Source: Podarcis pityusensis (lineage: Eukaryota). From it: 64,000 nt of DNA. This document shows, piece after piece, positions 37,996 to 50,805 of the stretch (within the stretch, counting starts at the first letter, position 1; each line of letters starts with the position of its first letter). The translations under genes and the position numbers were made by a program. The DNA lies in assembly GCA_964106645.2 (NCBI GenBank), contig OZ067038.1; one strand, 5' to 3'. Below the pieces are notes generated by a model that worked only from the letters and a program-made list of their open reading frames with translations, had not been told where the DNA came from and searched no databases.

Positions 37996-40900
37996 GATGA
38001 AGGTGCAAGATCTGTGCAGAAGTGCTGCAGTCTGACACAAAGACAGAGACCAGATCTAAAGTGCTTCCTATCATAACATCTGCTGAGCTGTGTTGGTATG
38101 AGAAGAAGCTTCCAAATTGCTGCCCTACCAGAACTTCAGACTCCAGTTCTGCTTAAAAATAAAATTGGTCTACAATCCAATCAGTTGCTTGCTTTCTTAC
38201 TATCTTACTATCAGAAATATGCTAATAACTTTGGTACAGATTTTCTGAACTTGTACGCATACATGAGCCATAAACATGTGGCATATATTGGGGGGGGGGG
38301 AGGAAGAGTAGTCTTTATAATTCTCCTCCAGACAGCAGATTCTGCATTACCGGCTTTTTGCAGCTGCAGGTGAGTATTTCAAAGTAATTCATGTGCCTTT
38401 CCCAATGGATATTTTCTGATGTGCTGCTACAGTTCCATGCCATGCCCCTGTAGTCTAGCACTATTCCAGCTTGATTAGTGTTCCTCATATGCCTGGACTT
38501 ATTTGAAGCACTAATCACACATCCAGTTCCTGAAAGAAGGAACATTTTGGGGTGAGCTCAAGAGCTACCCAACCAAAGAGGAAACGACAATGCATGGTCT
38601 TCAATAATGACAGGAAAGTCTCCCAGCACTGCAAAATTAAAGATTCCAACACCAAAACAAGAAAAGTAGCTTAGTAAATTGCTCTAAGCACTCCCTATTC
38701 CAGGGTACCCCTTGATCACTTTCCTGCATGTAACACCAAGTCATATCCATTCACCAAGGGGTGTAAGGCAGAAAGCACCACCAGGAAAATGTCAAAAGTA
38801 TGAAATGCACAAATCTTCATTGTGTTTTTTTCCCAGGTAAATTTAACAGCTTGCTGCACAAACAAGGTGGAAAATATTTCTACTATGCAGTGTTCACACT
38901 TTGTAAGATGTTATATATTCACACTTATGTTATCAAGAGACTCAAAGTTGTTGAATTTATCAAGCCCAAGCTATTGAATTTTTTTAACAAGATGAGCAAA
39001 GCTTTAGCAGTTCTCTCCCTCTGTGACACAATCTTTCCATTTTGCCATTAGTAAAGCATAACGGTACACCCAACAGTGGTGAAATTCTGCGACAGGATCT
39101 AATTTACTTTCAGTGTTACAAGATGAGCCAACAGTGTAAAGAATAAAAACAAGTCATTTGCCCAAGGGGTGGCTTCTGAAGTCAAGGTTGTAATGAAAGA
39201 GAAATAAGGTGGGTATTTAGCATTCCCAGCTAGACCCTAAAAAGTTTTCTGTATTACAGATCTAAGTGAAAAATCATTAATTCAGTCAGAGAGCTGCTTA
39301 GCTCTCTAAGATTTGAAAGTGTTTCAGAAAATGCAGTAAAATGAATCTCAGTTAAGAGAGGGTTTCATTAGAAGGCTGGGAACTTTATCTAAAGTAAGCT
39401 GAAATGCTTTTGCATCCTCTCTCCTGTTTTCATTGGAAGGAGACTTCACTGACAGAGTAGAGAATCCGAATGTTTTGGACTACAATTTCTATCACCCGTG
39501 ACTATTGGAAATGCTGGCTGAGGTTGTAATCCAAAACATCTGTAGGGCACCAGGCAAGGGAATGCTACCATAAAATGACTGTTTAAAAAAGAAATAAAGA
39601 AACCCAGAGCCACACATTATTCTTCATGTAAATATAAAATGAATTTTATTTATTGACGTTTAGAAAAAGTAAAAAAAATTCCCATAGTTATGCCTTGTAG
39701 TGAGCCAGACCAATGGCTCTAGCTGGTTCACCATGGCTTACCCTGTCTAGCAAAGGCACTGAGGCAAAATTATTTTTCTTGGAATCACCTTCTAAGTTTA
39801 AGCTTCAAAATTTATATATTTAAATTACTGAGTTGACTCATGGGCCCTTTGCAAGACAGGTTCCCAACAATTGCACTTTAGTTTGAAAAAGATCTATGGG
39901 TCAGTTTCTTCAAAGCAGCAGTCACCACCATGGCAGATTATAAATACAACTGGGAAATGTGCAAATTAAGTAAGAGATGCAAACAAAATAACCCCAAATT
40001 ACGTTCAAAATGTCTTGCAATATTTGATCAAGGTTGCATATATTTCCTTTCGTCCAGTAACCACTCAGCCCTTGTAGTGTTCAATTACAGCTCAAACCAC
40101 TCTCAGATCAGCTGCATCCAGCACCATTTTTTAAGGGCTTCTATTCAGACTAACAGCAATCATATATTACAAAGCTGTTGAATAGCATAAAGTGGAGGTT
40201 TTTACTTTCAAAATATGGACCAAAATCTAGCCCCACCATTTGAGAACTGATCACAGTTTCATATTTTTGCAACACACCGGCATGAAAATTGGCAAATCAA
40301 TCCCCTGCCATCTGATACAGGGTCTGTTTTGTCTGCACAAAAATATAGTTAATATAATAATCCGGTCTCAAGGTGCTTCCCCAAAAAATGTATCCATAGT
40401 TTTATTAGGTGTCATGTTGCACTTTCAAACAATATATGCAACTGCCTGCCAGTCTTGCCACTGCGTAAGTAAAAGCAAAACTTCACCTTGTTCTAATACT
40501 TGCTTTATAGTGCTACACAGGGAAAAATGATTATTGTTAGAAAACATGGATCAAACCGGAAATTTCACTTGCAGTTCAAAGATTCTAATAATGACCTTTT
40601 TTGTGGGAGGAAGATTGCTCTTGCTTTTCTTATTTCCATGAAATGGAAGATGCTATACAGTTGACTGAAGCTAATGAACATGCAAACATCTCCAAGACCA
40701 CTATGTTTCAGAAACATTGACTATGGTTTGTCTGTGGAAAGTGTGGCAACTTAAGATTTGAATTCATGCCGTCCTCCTAAGTAGATTTCTTTTTGATCAG
40801 CCTTTGCTCATGCACTGTTTGCCAGAAGCCCCCAACCAGATTTTGCACTGAATGGTCTGTTTCCATGTTTTCTACCACTTTTTGCCCCCTTTATCCTCCC

Positions 40901-41429
40901 CATCTGTATTGGATGGAATGTGTGGAATGGAGGCTGCACCTGGGAGCTTGAAAAAGGTGAGAACACAGGGCACCGTGCACAGAATTGTGATGATGACAGT
41001 CTCAGGATCACAATGGCACAGGACATCCATCTCACATGACTGCAGACTATCATGATACACAAGGAATAATGATCATACATGTTTGGTACAGCTTTTCCAG
41101 AAACACTAGGTGGTGGAGCCGGGGCAGAATCACTGCAGGCAGAACCCTGACAGGAAAAGGAAGAAGGCACCATGCATCTTCTAACTCTCAGCTCTAATGC
41201 TGATGCAGATCCAGTTGTTCCATCAGCAATTCAGGCCCCGACAGACAGCAAACTACCCAGAATTCATGTTCATCATGGCCAATGCCTATCTTCTCTCCAT
41301 TTCATTTTGGATACAATCCTATTCCCACTGCACCCCAGTCTGATTCCACTAAAGGGTACTACAACAAAACCTTTTCACGGTGCCCAGTAGCATACCAGAC
41401 ACCCCAGCTTGTAGATTGTACACCTACAA

Positions 41430-41521
41430 AGGCTGCATTCCTAACCCTGCTTGCCTGGGAGTAAGCCCCCTTGAATTCAATAGGTTTATTTCCAAACAGA
41501 CGTGCTTAGGATTGCAGCCTT
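41430..41521. repeat. ~90-bp hairpin interspersed repeat
   Basis: AAGGCTGCATTCCTAA...TTAGGATTGCAGCCTT inverted ends; relatives near 15312-15398, 36930-37021, 42355-42430, 42632-42700, 58335-58408. Confidence 0.7.
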
Positions 41522-43851
41522 GACTATTAAGCCACTCCATGTACAATTTTAATGTTTTTGTCACTGTCTCGCAGTACATTCCAGCTGATTGCTGAAAAAA
41601 AAGGATTAGCACTTCCTCCCTACCCCCAATTTCTATTGGAAACGCTACATCTAAGAAAACATGCTAAAGAGCTGGCTTTTTTTCAACTACTGAAGCATAT
41701 TGTATCCCAACTTCATATTTATGTCAGCTTCTGCTACCATTTCCTTAGCACTGCAGTATCTTGAAATGTTTTCAAAGCACATAATACACCTGACATCATA
41801 AAGAGAGTGCAAAATATCAAAAGGTTTATCTTGGGCATTGTTATTCTTATGACAGCTGTAGCACAAAGGGTCCATGGCTAAACACAATTCGCTGGTGTTA
41901 TTTCTTCTCTCCCCCCCCCCCGCTCGCTCACACACATATTGACCAATCTGGGTTTTTAATGTGACACTAACGTTTTTGTGCTTTCTTCCTGGCATGTGGT
42001 CAAGTGCATTTAATAACTGCTGCCAACAGTGAAAAAAATAGTTACAGCTGTAGCAGATATGATACAGGTCCCATACTGCATTGCACAGCCTTCATTTAGT
42101 ACTCACAGAGTTAGGACTGAAGATCCTTAAGAGGAGTGGAAGGTGATTTTATCTTAACTGCAGTATGACCGGTTTAAATGCAATTCATAGGATTTTGCTT
42201 ACCTTCATATGCAAACATGAAACAAGTGGTCATTTAGTTTCTATAGATACCATTACAACTTGTGTGGCTGAAAATTACAATCTTGTGAGAAACACATACC
42301 TTACGAATTACTCTTCGGTAATGTAGCCCATTTACACACACAAGAAGAAGATTAAAGCTGAAATCCTATGCACACTTACCTAGGAGTGAGCCCCAGTGAA
42401 CTCACCTGGGATTTGTACTGTATAGGATTTTATTATGTCATGTTTCCTATATTGTGTCCAAAACAACTAGCAAAGCTAAATTTGTTTTAGAAACTAGTTT
42501 CGCTGTAACCGTACTTTACATCATTCATTTCTTTAAAGAGCCTAGATCCTCACTGTTCATAAGAATGCAGGAAGCCGCTGGATTTTGCCATATCACAGGG
42601 TGCCCAGCTGTGTGCACATTTTCTTGCAAGTACGGCTACAGTCCTTCAGATACTTATTTGGGAGTAAGTATCACTGAATGCAAATTGCATAGGGTTACGC
42701 TCCATGTCCCACTGCATGCAGTAGAATGTAGTTCCAAGTAAGACTGAGCCTGATTGCAGCTATAGCATTTTTATGCCCCTTCTGGCAGAATTTCAAACTT
42801 GGCATTCCATGTTGTGCTCTATATGGTCTTTCATATATATTGCTAAATATATAAAATACCTGCTTGTGATAGAATGACTCAATAATACAGCCCAGAAAAT
42901 AGCATTATGCAGGGCTCCCATACACACATGTAATTGTAATGTAAAGGAAATAGATTAAGAAATGCTTACACCACCAAAAAGTCTGTGCCTTGCCTGAAAA
43001 GTTATTTTCACTGCTTTACATTTACCTTACTGTAAAGGGTAGATAGGTTTATACAGAAACCACTGCAGTCCTTCTGTCGGCCCTTTTCACTGTAATATTA
43101 GCAATGTCTATCATTTGCCACACATCGAATATGTATGCATGTGGCTCAAATGCAGAGTAAGGAGAACACAAAATGATGAGAGAGCTTATTTCATGTTGTT
43201 ATTAGATCAATCCACGTCAGTCAAGACCGTTCACAGAATGACAGGGCCATCAATAAAAGTTCAGCTTTCCACAATATCTCTAGGCTATCCCAGCCACCAA
43301 AAACATTTTCAATTAACAAGCCAACAGCAAGCCAACTATACTCTATTTCATTTCAACTTGGCACACATATCTATTCATACAACTGATCTGACCTTACCAT
43401 TAAAATGATTGACAAGAATTCAAAATCCCAGTGCCTGGAGCATTCCATACAGTACTCAGACAACACAAGAAACTAATGGAAAAAAATCAAACAGGTTGCT
43501 AACTGTGTGTGTGGTGTTTTCCTTGGCTGTTTTGCCCCTCATTGTAGAAAGTACTGCCAAGCCTACCAAACTTGCTAATCATTATAACCCATTGCTAATA
43601 TTTAAACTTAGAAAGCTCACCAACTTAGCTATCCTAAGTGAAAACTAGAAATAACAATGCAAGCATTATTCAAAAAATTCAGAATCAAAAGATTCAAGTC
43701 TCTTCTTATAATCCACAAGCAATCAAAATTAGTCAAGCAAATATGTCAGAGTTTCTTAAATATGCAAAATAATGAACACCACACATTCCTATATATATGC
43801 ACAAAGAGAGAGATGCACACACAATCTGCAACAATAATGAATTGTCCATAC

Positions 43852-43911
43852 CTTGATCGTCTTGGATGACTGGCATTTGACGTGATGGGACACTGTTGCA
43901 GTTTGGTTCAT
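43852..43911 (-). CDS. DPP10: First coding exon of inactive dipeptidyl peptidase 10, isoform a (MNQTATVSHHVKCQSSKTIK)
   Basis: Minus strand reads ATG AAC CAA ACT GCA ACA GTG TCC CAT CAC GTC AAA TGC CAG TCA TCC AAG ACG ATC AAG|GTATGG: 20 codons, phase-0 GT donor, A at -3. Closely matches the human DPP10 N-terminus as I recall it (MNQTASVSHHIKCQPSKTIK); the paralogous DPP6a N-terminus differs after MNQTA. Confidence 0.93.
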
Positions 43912-44230
43912 GTTTCAGCACCCAGGATAGCGCACAATTCCACAATGAGTTATGGAGCAAATGGCTAGAAATCCGTCCTTCTTGCTCAGACTTCTGCTGT
44001 TGCTCTCTCTCTCTCTTTCTTTCTCTCTCTCTCCCCTCCTACGAGTGCTTATGGCTCTAGAGGCTGGGATGCTGTCAGATTTGTACAAGTCTGAATCTCA
44101 GCCTTAAACTCGAGTATTCATTTGATTCATCGTTCTTCAGGTTTCTGAAGCCTCTGCACACAGAGAGCTCAAATGCTGCTTCCATTCACTTGCACTGCAC
44201 CTCTCCAGCACTGAGAATGTGACAGCTCCT
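43912..44230 (-). other. DPP10: Probable 5'UTR of DPP10 exon 1a (TSS not determined)
   Basis: TE-free sequence between the ATG and a CCAAT box; contains a GA-rich tract on the gene strand and uORFs. Upstream boundary is a guess. Confidence 0.55.
43914..43934 (+). promoter_or_regulatory. RE1/NRSE-like (REST-binding) element
   Basis: TTCAGCACCcaGGAtAGCGCa vs consensus TTCAGCACCnnGGACAGCGCC: perfect left half, canonical 2-nt spacer, 2 mismatches in the right half. Confidence 0.7.
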
Positions 44231-44234
44231 CAGC

Positions 44235-44245
44235 GCAGCCAATGA
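44235..44245 (+). promoter_or_regulatory. CCAAT (NF-Y) box, inverted relative to DPP10
   Basis: GCAGCCAATGA, CCAAT at 44239-44243, ~330 nt upstream of the ATG. Confidence 0.5.
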
Positions 44246-46099
44246 TCTCGACTCACCAACCCTTTGAAAAGAACAGAATACCAGCAAACTGCATCAGTAT
44301 TTACTGCAGCCCAGCACACTCTCTCCTTCCTTGAAATTAATCTAACTCAGGGGGTAATTACAGATTAGCCTTCAAATCCTAACTGCACAAACACAACGCA
44401 CCACAGACACATACATACACAGAATTTCAGTGTTATCAATTAATTTCGGGTTGCTGAGGTAGTGCTTGGAAAAGTAGCTGAAATATATGCAGACAATGAG
44501 ACATCCCATCCAGATGCTTGCATCAAAACTCCCTCCTAATTTCTCTTTTGGAAAATCTGAAGGGAACCACCTGTTCTTCAGTCACACCATACACATTCCT
44601 GTGTTGAAATGGCCCCATCCCTTGGCATTAGGTTAGTACCTGGACTGTATTTTACTACAGAGTTCTCATGTTAAAACAGGATGCTGATATTATACCTTTG
44701 ATCCTTTTCAAGTAGGTATAAGGGTTACACTATGCAAAATCAGATCAAATCCCTGCAGTAGTTCCCCACTTCTCCATTTCTCTTACAAGGGCTACAACAA
44801 CTTGACTGACTTTCTTGTGGTCATTTTCTACAGTTCCTATGGTGCACAGAAATACACCAAAAATGAGGCAGCTGTATTTGTAGACATGACAATCAACGCC
44901 ACATATGCTGAGGTGTAAGTGTGAACATGACAAACAGAGACAAAGGGAGAGGGACAGTATAGTTTATTGTTGACATTGTTTCTCTTGTAATGCTCTTCAC
45001 TGAGCTAAATCAAGTCAAATATCTTGATTTGCAACTTCATGGAAATCAGGTAAATCAGCTCATTCCTGCTTTATACACAGAGGTTGCTTTCATTTGATGC
45101 ATTTATTTTCTTGATATCACATGCTTAGCTCATCACAATGGGTGATATGAAATATGAGTCATATTCGGAGCAGACTCTGCTTTGAATATGACTTAGTCAG
45201 ATTATCACCAAGAATCTATAAGGATGATCTTGAATATTAATGTTTTCTATTATGCATACAGTCATCCAAATCTATACATGAGACATTCAGTGAATGGGAA
45301 TGTTGATGTAAATAGTTAATCCACGCTAATCATCAGGTGAAGATGTAGGAATAAATAAGAAATTCTGTTGCCCATTTAGTAAAATTGAATGTTATTACCC
45401 TTTTATGTCATGAGCAAAAGAAATGTGGCAGAACAGCCTCAGCTTCATTTATAAACAGGGTGGTCATGCTTTTAAAGCCCAGAGGTCTCCCGTGCCTTGG
45501 GAGGTTGATGATGTCACTGCATGCCACGCTAATAGCTCTAAGTGACAAGACCTATCATAGCCTCACAACTTAACAGAAATCAGCTTTTTGTAAACTGCTT
45601 TGAAGCTTTGTTGCACTCAAGTGGTACAGAAACCTCATGAAATTTAAAAAAGAAAAAAGAAATTTAAAGAAATCAATGACCTGTTAATGGATTCTGATAT
45701 GTCCTGGTCATGATTCAATTCCACCTATAACATGAACTGTATATTTTGGAGCAGATTCCATTTGTACAGAATTTGGCTGCATTTCTTCCTGGCAAAGTGA
45801 CGTAATTCACTTGGGTAACACGTCACTCACTGCTGCTACTTGTAATACCAGCACTAAACATGACAGATATGTCAAAGCAGAATGGACCATTGTGTGTGTA
45901 AATGTGTGTGTAAATGTGTGTGCTTGTATGTGCAGCTAACATTTCCTCTGTGGTAGCCTATACAAAACAGACAACCTGAGAAACAAAGCCTACATTTTCC
46001 ATATCACTTCTGTGAGAAATTACATGTCACATCCTATGAGGCTGTGCCTATGCTGGAACCTTAACTAGTACAGGCTAATAATACTATATAGTGTTTGTT

Positions 46100-46178
46100 T
46101 GTTATTATGGTATGTATTTTTTGTGTTTTTGTATTGTAAGCCACCCTGCGATCTTCGGGTAAAGGGCAGTACAGAAAA

Positions 46179-46220
<42 letters not shown>
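46100..46220 (+). repeat. L2-type 3' tail with (AAT)n; reversed relative at ~30330-30470
   Basis: TTGTAAGCCACCCTGCGATCTTCGGGTAAAGGGCAGTACAGAAA plus (AAT)13. Confidence 0.7.
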
Positions 46221-46221
<1 letters not shown>

Positions 46222-47506
46222 AAGCATGCTGATTTCCTGAAAACATGAGTCCAAGCAGGGCTGTGTCTGGATTCAAGAGGAATTGATGAAAGAATTCCCA
46301 CAGGAAAACCTACATCTAGGATGAAGATCTGCCTAAAGGCACTTTCACATGTACTAACAGGAAGAGCAGTCTAGAGCAAAAGTCTGCCCAGTTCCAATGA
46401 GTCCATTTGGAAGAGGTTTGACCAGTCCTGAGGATCAATGAGGAAAATTCCAGGCAGGTGGATGAGCAAACAGAGATCCAAGGGTGAGCAGACACGGCTG
46501 GAGTAAACTGCAGGAAGTTACTCATACGTGTCCTTGCCTTTGCCCCCAAGAAGAGATAATGGCTAAATGCTTTCCCCCTGAACTAGAAAAAACATCATTT
46601 CATATTTAACAAACTGTGGCACACAGTATTTGAAGCTAATGAAATTCATTGCTAAGAGTTTGAGGAGGACTAAATATGCACTGAATTTTATGAGACCCAA
46701 TAAGAACTTTATTGGAGTCTTTATGTCTTGTTTCATGCTTTGGCAAAAACCAATTTTCTGTGCAAATTTCCCCAAAAAGGCACCTAAATTAGACACCTTG
46801 AAGCTGTCAAATAAAATCCTTCTTTAGACAACAAGAGATGAGTGGGAGGGGGAGCAGACAAAGACATACAGCATGATCAATAACTTGCTGGCGTTGTGTT
46901 TGGATGGACTTCTACAAAATGTTAATTTATCTGTCCCTAGGAGGCATAAATTTCACTGATTAACCTCTCAGTCTTATTTTATCTGACCTAATTATAATAT
47001 AAGCCTAACAAGGGGTCTCAAGAATGATAATGACTCTTTAAGTGGATCATTTATCAAGATAAAACATCATAGGGACAACTCCAATCAATAGGATGGGATT
47101 CCATAAAACGCTGCCTAAAATTCTCTGCAGGGCTGTTGTGGCGCTCACTCTTTGGATAAATGCCATCCACTTCTAGTCCTTTCTTTCTTTAATGCAACTT
47201 TTAATCCTTCATAGTGCTTGTAATCCTCTTTGGTAACTGGCTGCTTAACTAAATTCAGTTCTTCTTAGCATTGCACCTCGCTTGCTGCCTGCTAATGTGC
47301 ATATTTGCCGTTGGCTTGTTCCAGAAGGAGGAAGAGGACAGATTGAAAAAAACGTATCATAGCCTTCAGGGTGCAACTAAATAACAAAGTGGATTCCAAA
47401 AATGTACTGGAGAGCATACAAAAGCCATGGACAGCTGCCTAGATTTCACATTACAGTACAGAGGAGGAAATCATAATGATGACTCTCCTCCTCCCAACAG
47501 CCCTAA

Positions 47507-47667
47507 CAGGAACATAGGAACCTGCATATCCTCAAACCATTGGGTCCATTTAGCAGTGGCTCTGCAGGCAGGGTTCTCTCCCAGCCCTACCTGGAGATGC
47601 AAGGGATTGAACTGGGTTCCTTCTGCATGCAAGGCAGCTGCTCCACCACTGAGCAATGGCCCCTCCC
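47507..47667 (-). mobile_element. tRNA-derived SINE (Squam3-like)
   Basis: GCTCAGTGGTGGAGCAGCTGCCTTGCATGCAGAAGGAACCCAGTTCAATCCC head; TTCCTATGTTCCT tail. Confidence 0.75.
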
Positions 47668-50600
47668 AAACAGAACCTCGATCATCCTGGAAGAAGGGCA
47701 GAATTGAAATACAATTAATTAATCGATCAATAAATCATCAAACAAGCTGCTTCCTTTGAAGACAGAAAAATCTTTAAAGAACTCCCATAAGTCCAGAGGA
47801 CAGCATCACCAAAACTTACGTTGTTCAAAGCCCTGCAGTTAAAACACATCAACAGCAACTGCAGGACACTAATACCATCATTGCAGCCATCTAATTAGAG
47901 AGACTATTCCCTGCAGCACTTGATCGTTATTCAGATCTCTCAGTACCCTGCTGTTAATACTCTAATTCCCAGTATTGTTCCCTTGCCACACATATTTGCC
48001 TCAGCCTTACTTCCAAAGCCTTATGTTCTTCCTTACCAGCGCTGCCAAAGTCAAATTTTTCAAATTATGATGCATCTAATGGATGTGATAGCAAAAGAGA
48101 TGAGCAAACCAATATACTAAAGTTTTGATAGGCAAGGAGCACTCAAGGGACGATCCCAATTGCTATTTTGCTTTCCTTCGACAAAATGCTCTCAGGCAGT
48201 ATTTTTTCCTTTTATTGCTTCTTATACGCTCTGTGAGCTGGACCATGGACTTACTAAACACTAGCAACTACTGATATCAACTGAGCATATTCTAATTAAA
48301 AGGGGTAGCAATAAGCTTTTATGAACAAGTGCAAGGCAGATTTCTGAGTGATTGGTAATCCCATCCAATGGCAAAGAGCAAAACCTCAGAATCCTGACTA
48401 GTGTTAGAAATGGAGGGGGGTGGCCAAGTTTTGATCCTACATGGCGGGTGCAAAAGAAAATGGCATTGTTTCCACTTTACATTCCTTCAGATCTAGACTC
48501 ACAGTTCTAATCATGTGAGGGTAAAGTAGGAAATAGGAAGGCCAAATTATCATTTTTTTTAAAAAGTTGTTAATTAAGTGTGTTAATTAAGAAAAAATTA
48601 AAACACTCACAAAGTTCTTAAGGTTGGTTCTGCTCATATCACATCATGGAGTACCTCACAGGAAGTGGCAAGGGAAGTGACCATCATCTAGCCTACCCTA
48701 TTACCAGTGGGGCAGTATACTCTATAACCAAAATACACTGACATGCAAAAACAGAAGACCATAGTATACAAGTACTAAGATGACAGCATGCCACAAGAGA
48801 AGAGCAAAAGGAATGAAGTTTTACATGCCATGGATATATGTAAGACAACAAATAAGATTATTCCCAATAGATATGTTAAAGACAGGCTGCCACACATACA
48901 CACACGCTTGGCAGATCACCAGCCAACGTTATACAGAAGGCAGGATAGAAATTGAATAAATAAATTAAAATATAATATTTTATATGTTATTTTGTAAACT
49001 GCTTGGCGAATGTCTCAGTGGTAAGTGGTGTGAGTGGGTGTAAGAAAGATTTATAAAAATGACACTTATCTGAGCTCTCCATAACACAACAAAGAGCATG
49101 CAGAGACCATTTATTTTGTCTGTCTGTTAAGTTATCCTGCCTTTTATCTATCAAACAAATGACCTTGTGATTTGATGGACTGCTTGTACATGTGACTACA
49201 GGGAAACACAGTACTTTTTAAAAGTGTCAGCTCAGTAAAATTTCTTAATTTGTCTTTTACTTGTGGCTCCCAAACAGATGACTACTGTTTTAAAAACAAA
49301 CAAACACATAGATAAATGTAATCATACACTAGATTATGTTTGCAAGAAAAGCAAAATAAATTTGAGCCAGTTGCTTAGAATTGGCTTCATGATGTTTAAC
49401 TTCAACCAATATTGAGGGGAGGGAAATAATGTAGCACTCTGGCCCACTAGAAGAATTAAGTGGGGTGGGGGAGAAAGAGAAATGGTTTAGAGCCTTCATC
49501 ACTAAAATATATACTGTCACCCACACATCTCACTAAGTGTTTGATGCTTTGATCAGAAAATATTCATGGCACTCGGTACAATTCTAAGGTTTTCTCACAT
49601 TATGCATTTCCACATTAAGCTTTTTAGTAATTGTTTTTCATAAACACTAGGGCATCATGAAGCTACGCCATTATCTAAGCACTTGAGGTTATTTTAATTT
49701 CAGCAAACCCTTATTTACACCAATCACCTATAGTTAGATTCTTCTTTATAGCTCTGTTCAGGTGTTATAATTCCCCAGGTGAGTAGCATTGAGGGGGGAG
49801 AGCAGGGGTGAATGCCTGAAACTCCACCCTGGTCCCAATGTCCTCCACAAGTTGATTGTCTGAAGTGGGAGGAGCCACTGGTATTTATGGAGACTATCAG
49901 CATGGTTCTGAATGCCCTTCTGACAGCACAGGAGACACTCTGCTTCAGAGGTTGATTCTCCAACTCATAGAGGGTGATGGAGATGAGATACAGCTTAGCA
50001 CACACATCTGTGCTCCTACACACATGGTGGTACTCATGTGGGGGATTGCAGCACCTGAACAAATCTAACTTCTGCATGCTTTGTGTCATACAGCACATTG
50101 TTGGCCTCTTCAACCCATTGCAACAGAACATTCATAGTGGAAAAGAATCCAAAACAATGAACCAAATTTCATGTAAGAGATGAGCTGCTACCAATACTTA
50201 AGGCACTCCTACATTTCCAGGCTATCGCAAATGGCCAAAATATAAAAATGACAAAAGAGGTCATTCTGTTTATAGCTTTCTATACTTCTTCCAACAGCTA
50301 AGTTTAACTAATATGGGTGACAACGGGACCAACACATTATTAAGTAGCATGGCAGCATTCCTTATCCACCATAAAATGAATGGAAAAAAATAGGTGGGGC
50401 AGAAAGAGAGAAATAATGTGTAGAAATTTTTGGTCATTTCTCCTCTCCTCCTTCCTGATTTCCACATGTTCCTTACATGGTAAGTGGGGGGATGCTGAGC
50501 AAAACAATGCCACTTTCCAAAACCTCTCAAGGTGTAATGCTGGCCTTTCCCATAACCCTTTCCTTGGGCCTCAGGTTGTTCGCTCCCCTTCCCCTTCAGC

Positions 50601-50805
50601 CCTGAGAGAACTGCACAAGCTGGTCTTGGAGATGATCATAGAATGTCACATCCATTCCCTACACATAAGGGATACTGGTGATAGATTCAAGGCAGGTCAC
50701 TTGCTCCCATTCGCCAACCTCAGCTGCGAGTGTTTGCTGACCAAGGACTACAGCCCTGTGTGCATTGTTCTATATGGCAGAGATTTTCTCTGGCAGTGTG
50801 TTTGT

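Larger units (their letters stand above)
1..43851 (-). other. DPP10: Intron 1 of DPP10 (partial, continues beyond window start)
   Basis: Follows the GT donor at 43851; no exon-2-like sequence (ELGSNSPPQRNWKG) seen in the window; DPP10 intron 1 is known to be very long in mammals. Confidence 0.75.

Noticed and set aside
43733-43960. 75-aa ORF overlapping the DPP10 exon
   Set aside because: Different frame with a non-ATG start; the real frame is 43911-43852.
47610-47667. tRNA gene candidates (also ~29200, ~25911, ~21920)
   Set aside because: Degenerate SINE heads with SINE bodies attached; no complete cloverleaf.
49724-50140. Possible ancient RTE-like fragment or exon
   Set aside because: No convincing motif or splice pattern by eye.
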